A stretch of 64,000 nucleotides of DNA, from contig NIVC01001995.1 in the NCBI GenBank assembly GCA_002269645.1, positions 124,001 to 188,000 of the forward strand, given 5' to 3'. Below are positions 59,025 through 64,000 of this stretch, one piece after another. The notes beneath the pieces are model-generated. The model had not been told where the DNA came from. It worked only from the letters and a program-made list of their open reading frames with translations, and did no database searches. Origin of the DNA: Macrostomum lignano (taxonomy: Eukaryota). How positions within the stretch are numbered: the first letter of the stretch is position 1; the number at the start of each line of letters is the position of its first letter. Both the position numbers and the translations under genes were made by a program.

Positions 59025-59500
59025 TTACAGATTGCAATTGTTGAAAGTGCAGTTGTTCATAATAAAGATATTCCGACCGTTCATCTGACGACCATCAGAC
59101 ACGCTCACTGCTTCTTGCACGATGGAACTTTGTATGCTGATATCAGCAGGCATTGTTACTTGACCGTGGGTCGCGGCGCTTTGTCCCATGTTCAACGCAC
59201 GCGACACTGCATCGCTGCATTGTTGCAGGGACTTGTCCCGTTTAACTGCCAGGTAGCGCCGGACCGTGCTCTCGGACTTTTGACCCGTGATAGCCATGAT
59301 CTCGCTCATCGAATGCCCAGCCGATTCCAGGTCTCAAGAAAGTGCAAGAAGTTCAAAAAATCTTCGTTATCCTTCATGTCCTTCTGAGATGTGGAAAGTC
59401 TTGAGATCCAATTGAGTTCGCTGCTAGATACGTTGGCTAAACTTTCGACAGGCAGATTGCCCCAGTTGATCGGATATGACGTCTGGTTCTCCATGGCCAA
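59025..59500 (-). pseudogene. Crypton-like tyrosine recombinase remnant
   Basis: L..LG...SEIMAITGQKSESTVRRY (YR box II with the catalytic Tyr) and a C-terminal NNCTFNNC. Frameshift at about 59307; the HxxR box is absent. Confidence 0.65.
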
Positions 59501-59708
59501 GCGAATGTAGCTATTTACGTTTTATTCTCTCTTTCTCTCCACATCTCCTTCCTTTCCACCCTCTTAACCCCCAGCCTGTTTGCAACTTCGTTGTCTATGG
59601 CCCAAACTCCAGTAAACCACCTCAGTCTTTATGTCTCTCTCTCCTCGGTAACCCCTCTCTCCTTTCGATGCCCTTTTTGTCTATGGCCCCACTGAAATTC
59701 GACAATGC

Positions 59709-59813
59709 GGTTATTCGTAAGTGAGACTTTAGGATAATAGTCCTATACTCACTCGTGCGCTGCGCGCACTCATGAGCCGGACTATTATCCTAAAGTCTCA
59801 CTTACGAATAACC
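59709..59813. repeat. Perfect 35-bp inverted repeat with a 35-bp spacer
   Basis: GGTTATTCGTAAGTGAGACTTTAGGATAATAGTCC at 59709-59743 and its exact reverse complement at 59779-59813. Confidence 0.95.
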
Positions 59814-60180
59814 AACCATTATCTGATAGAACTCATGAGCAGACATATTCTATGTGGTTCTTATTAGTAAGAAAGTGAGACCCACCTGGCTGCGACATGC
59901 TTGAGCTAGAGGTCATAGACAAAGATGTCATGAATTGATAGTGGTCCTGGGGGTGGTCATTTCCTCAGACTCAGACAGCTTGCAGATGGTCAGTTTTCCT
60001 CATATGTAGGCTTGTGTCTTTTTAAGCTAGCTAATATTGCTACTCGTTTCTAGCCAATGTATGATCTGCTATTGATAAGCATTGATACATAAATAAATAC
60101 AATTAAAATAAATATTCTTGCTCAATAGACAATTCTACTAGAAACTTCATACTATGAATCAATTTCAGCAATATTGAACA

Positions 60181-63100
60181 ATGGAATTTCTCGGAAAGAT
60201 CTACAACACCGTTAGTCAGAATCTGCCTGGCAACCCCATCACAAGAGAATACGATATTCACAAGCAGACTGGCTCGGCTGGCCCCGGCCTGTTCTGGAAA
60301 GTCTTCCTGGCAACTAAAAAGTCCACAAAGCAGGTTGGTTTTGAATAATTCTTCTTTCTAAAAGTTACACACGTGCTCTTTAGTAAGCCGAGTTTGATCT
60401 AACTTGCTCAACAGGAAGCCTCCGTGTGGATGTTTGACAAGAAGTCGCTGGAGCGGTTCAGCAAGCGGGATCGGGAGCTCCTACTGGAAACGGTCAAGCG
60501 TGGCGTCTCCAATTTGACCCGACTGCGGCATCCCAAGATTCTGTCAGTGCGTGTTGGGCGCTGAGGTTGCTAGGGAAACTAACTTACATTCCGTTTTATT
60601 TCGAACAATAATCATCTGAATTTCTAAAGTGACCTACCATCCTAACCACATGGAACCTTCATTTCATTTCAACGTTTCAATTGAATTCCCTCAAGCGGTA
60701 ATCATCACTCCCATTGAAATCCCTGAAGCGGCAATCATCACTCCCATTGAAATCCCTGAAGCGGCAACCATCACTCCCATTGAAATACCTGAAGCGGCGA
60801 TCATCACTCCCATTGAAATCCCTGAAGCGGCAATCATCACTCCCATTGAAATCCCTGAAGCGGCAATCATCACTCCCATTGAAATCCCTGAAGCGGCAAT
60901 CATCACTCCCATTGAAATCCCTGAAGCGGCAATCATCACTCCCATTGAAATCCCTGAAGCGGCAATCATCACTCCCATTGAAATCCCTGAAGCGGCAATC
61001 ATCACTCCCATTGAAATCCCTGAAGCGGCAATCATCACTCCCATTGAAATCCCTGAAGCGGCAATCATCACTCCCATTGAAATCCCTGAAGCGGCAATCA
61101 TCACTCCCATTGAAATCCCTGAAGCGGCAATTATCACGCTGCCCCTCTCCCCGAACCCACAGGTGGTCGCCTCACTGGAGGAGTCGCGGGAGAGCCTGGC
61201 GTTCGCCACCGAGCCGGCCATTGGCTCTCTGGCCAATCTGCTCGGTTGCCATGACAATCTGACTAGCGAAGCGGCGTCCAGCCTTGGCGGCTTCGAGCTA
61301 TTCGACGTAGAAATCAAATACGGCCTGCTGCAGCTGACCGAGGCGCTGGCGTTTCTGCACCAGTCCGGCAAGCAGCTACACGGCAACTTCTGCCCTGAGA
61401 GCATCGTGGTTAACCGGTGCGGCTCCTGGAAGCTGGCTGGCATGGACTTTTGCCAGTCCAACACGGGCAGCGAGCAGTGCCCGATGTTCGCCTGCCACAC
61501 CTGGGTGGAGTCCCTGCCGCCGCAGGCCCAGCCTCGGTATGTTTTTTTTATTTGAAGCTTGATTTTTCCAATGGTCACAAGCGCGCATTTGATAGAATCG
61601 CGCCCAGGGTCACAAGCGCGCATTAGATAGAATCGCGCTCAGGGTCACAAGCGCGCATTAGATAGAATCGCGCTCAGGGTCACAAGCGCGCATTAGATAG
61701 AATCGCGCTCAGGGTCACAAGCGCGCATTTGATAGAATCGCGCTCAGGGTCACAAGCGCGCATTAGATAGAATCGCGCTCAGGGTCACAAGCGCGCATTA
61801 GATAGAATCGCGCTCAGGGTCACAAGCGCGCATTTGATAGAATCGCGCTCAGGGTCACAAGCGCGCATTTGATAGAATCGCGCTCAGGGTCACAAGCGCG
61901 CATTAGATAGAATCGCGCTCAGGGTCACAAGCGCGCATTAGATAGAATCGCGCTCAGGGTCACAAGCGCGCATTAGATAGAATCGCGCTCAGGGTCACAA
62001 GCGCGCATTAGATAGAATCGCGCTCAGGGTCACAAGCGCGCATTAGATAGAATCGCGCTCAGGGTCACAAGCGCGCATTTGATAGAATCGCGCTCAGGGT
62101 CACAAGCGCGCATTTGATAGAATCGCGCTCAGGGTCACAAGCGCGCATTAGATAGAATCGCGCTCAGGGTCGCAAGCGCGCACACAGCCTTTTGATCAAG
62201 GCAAGCTTAACATTCAGTCCCCTCCATTTATTCCCTGACCTGTTCAGCCTGAACTACCTGGCGCCTGAGGCGGCTCTCAGCCACGAGTGCACCTCGGCCG
62301 CGGACATTTTCTCCCTCGGCCTGCTGTTCTACACCATCTACAACAGGGGCCGGCCGCTCATCGAGTCAGTGGCGGACCTGTCCGGCTACAAGCGCAGCGT
62401 AGCCGCTCTGAAAGGCCTCCGGGTTAGCGCGCTGAGCTGCGTGCCCGAGACAGCGCGGGACGATGTTAAACTGGCGCTGAACTGCGACCCGACCGTCCGG
62501 CCGGACGCCAGCCAGTTCGGACGGATTGTGTTCTTCGAGGACTCCGGCGTCTCGGCGCTGCAGTTCATGGACAACTTGTTCCAGCTGGACAACCTGGCCA
62601 AGTCGCAGTTCTACAAGGGCCTGGCCCAGATCTCCGCTAACCTGCCTATGGTGGGTTTGGGCCGCTAGTTTGATTGGCTGGGGGTCATCAGAGTTGTTAG
62701 CGCATAAACTAACTGGCTAGCGGATGATGTTCATTGCATCAGGCCATTAATTATTATGGGAAATTCCATGATAATGTAGATAGGTCTCGCCCATGTTGTA
62801 CAGCGGCGTGACTTACCTTTTTCGATGTCCTTAGACTTCGAGATCTTAATCTTTTTTTACATTTTTTGTATCACGAACAGTATATCAAAGTGAGTATTGA
62901 TTTCTAGTTATTGCAGTAGGTATGTTGCCATTGGACTCTCGACAAGAGTCGACAACTCCGGCACGCTCAAGGTCTTCTCTGGGCTCTCTTGCCTCCTCTT
63001 TTTCCTCTCCTCTCATCTATTTCATATCTCATCTTATCTATCTTCTCATCTCCCGTCCTCTCTCCCTCCTCTATCAATATTGCATTTTAACAACCCGCAG

Positions 63101-63277
63101 AGGGTGAACCTGCTTCGAATAATTCCACAAATATCGGAGGAGTTCGCTAATCCCAACATGATCCCGTTCGTGCTGCCGACTATCCTGCAAATCTCCGAGT
63201 CCGCCTCCGAGGCTGAGTTTAAGGAGCTCATCCTGCCTAAGCTGCTGCCTGTGTTTAAGCTCAGGGAGCCCGTGCAG
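60181..63277 (+). CDS. SCYL2: SCY1-like pseudokinase 2 (CVAK104); continues beyond the window
   Basis: Exons 60181-60333, 60415-60546, 61163-61536, 62248-62650 and 63101-63277, all GT-AG and in phase. Motifs GNPITREYD, KKSTKQEASVWMFDKK, LTRLRHPKIL, LEESRESLAFATEP, EIKYGLLQLTEAL, NYLAPE and KSQFYKGL. Confidence 0.95.
60680..61138. repeat. 33-bp minisatellite in SCYL2 intron 2
   Basis: ATCATCACTCCCATTGAAATCCCTGAAGCGGCA, about 14 near-identical copies. Confidence 0.97.
61572..62183. repeat. 35-bp minisatellite in SCYL2 intron 3
   Basis: GATAGAATCGCGCTCAGGGTCACAAGCGCGCATTA, about 17 copies. Confidence 0.97.
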
Positions 63278-63384
63278 GTAAGCGTGAGGCTTGGCTGAAC
63301 TTATGAAATTATTTTAATAACACCACTATTTTTAATCACTTGGTATAAATGCTTTCTTATCAAACCGAGAGAACCTATTATGTG

Positions 63385-64000
63385 CATTCTAGCGCAACCT
63401 CCTATGTACATTCTAGCCCAGGCTCCTGTGTACATTCTAGCCCAACCTCCTATGTACATTCTAGCTCAACCTCCTATGCACATTCTTGCCCAACCTCATA
63501 TGTACATTCTTGCCCAGGCTCCTGTGTACATTCTAGCCCAACCTCCTATGTACATTTTAGCCCAACGTCCTATGTACATTATAGCCCAACCTCCTATGTA
63601 CATTCTAGCCCAACCTCCTATGCACATTCTAGCTCAACCTCCTATGCACATTCTAGCCCAACCTCCTATGTACATTCTAGCTCAACCTCCTATGCACATT
63701 CTTGCCCAACCTCATATGTACATTCTAGCTCAACCTCCTATGTACATTCTTGCCCAACCTCCTATGTACATTCTAGCTCAACCTCCTATGCACATTCTTG
63801 CCCAACCTCATATGTACATTCTTGCCCAGGCTCCTGTGTACATTCTAGCCCAACCTCCTATGTACATTTTAGCCCAACGTCCTATGTACATTATAGCCCA
63901 ACCTCCTATGTACATTCTAGCCCAACCTCCTATGTACATTCTAGCTCAACCTCCTATGTACATTCTAGCCCAACCTCCTATTTACATTCTAGCTCAACCT
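63385..64000. repeat. 24-bp minisatellite in SCYL2 intron 5
   Basis: CATTCTAGCCCAACCTCCTATGTA tandem copies to the window end. Confidence 0.97.

Overview
Eukaryotic (metazoan) genomic DNA with spliceosomal introns and a very high repeat load. GC-rich exons and minisatellite-filled introns resemble the flatworm Macrostomum, but that is an unverified inference. (1) 1-15745: a head-to-tail array of at least 4 non-autonomous Helitrons on the minus strand (5'-TC...hairpin-CTAG-3'). Each carries a tRNA-like cassette and internal satellite arrays. (2) 16936-37688: three minus-strand paralogous genes built from a shared N-terminal helical domain and a divergent NHL-like beta-propeller. By phase-checked splice sites their architectures are helical-propeller (A), helical-propeller-propeller (B, with a 1-nt frameshift) and helical-propeller-RING-propeller (D, 5 exons, about 1105 aa). 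The 7.7-kb intron of D holds Tc1, SINE and CACTA-like elements. This modular, probable E3-ligase family is the best candidate for an undescribed system here. (3) PRPF4 (minus, 38747-44675) and SCYL2 (plus, 60181 to beyond the window) are divergently oriented. (4) Between them lies a transposon nest: MITEs, probable solo LTRs, three-level nested TIR elements, a MULE transposase pseudogene and a Crypton-like remnant. The region shows strong CpG depletion and an unexplained excess of TAGGCCTA. All exon models and counts were made by hand and need transcript and database confirmation.
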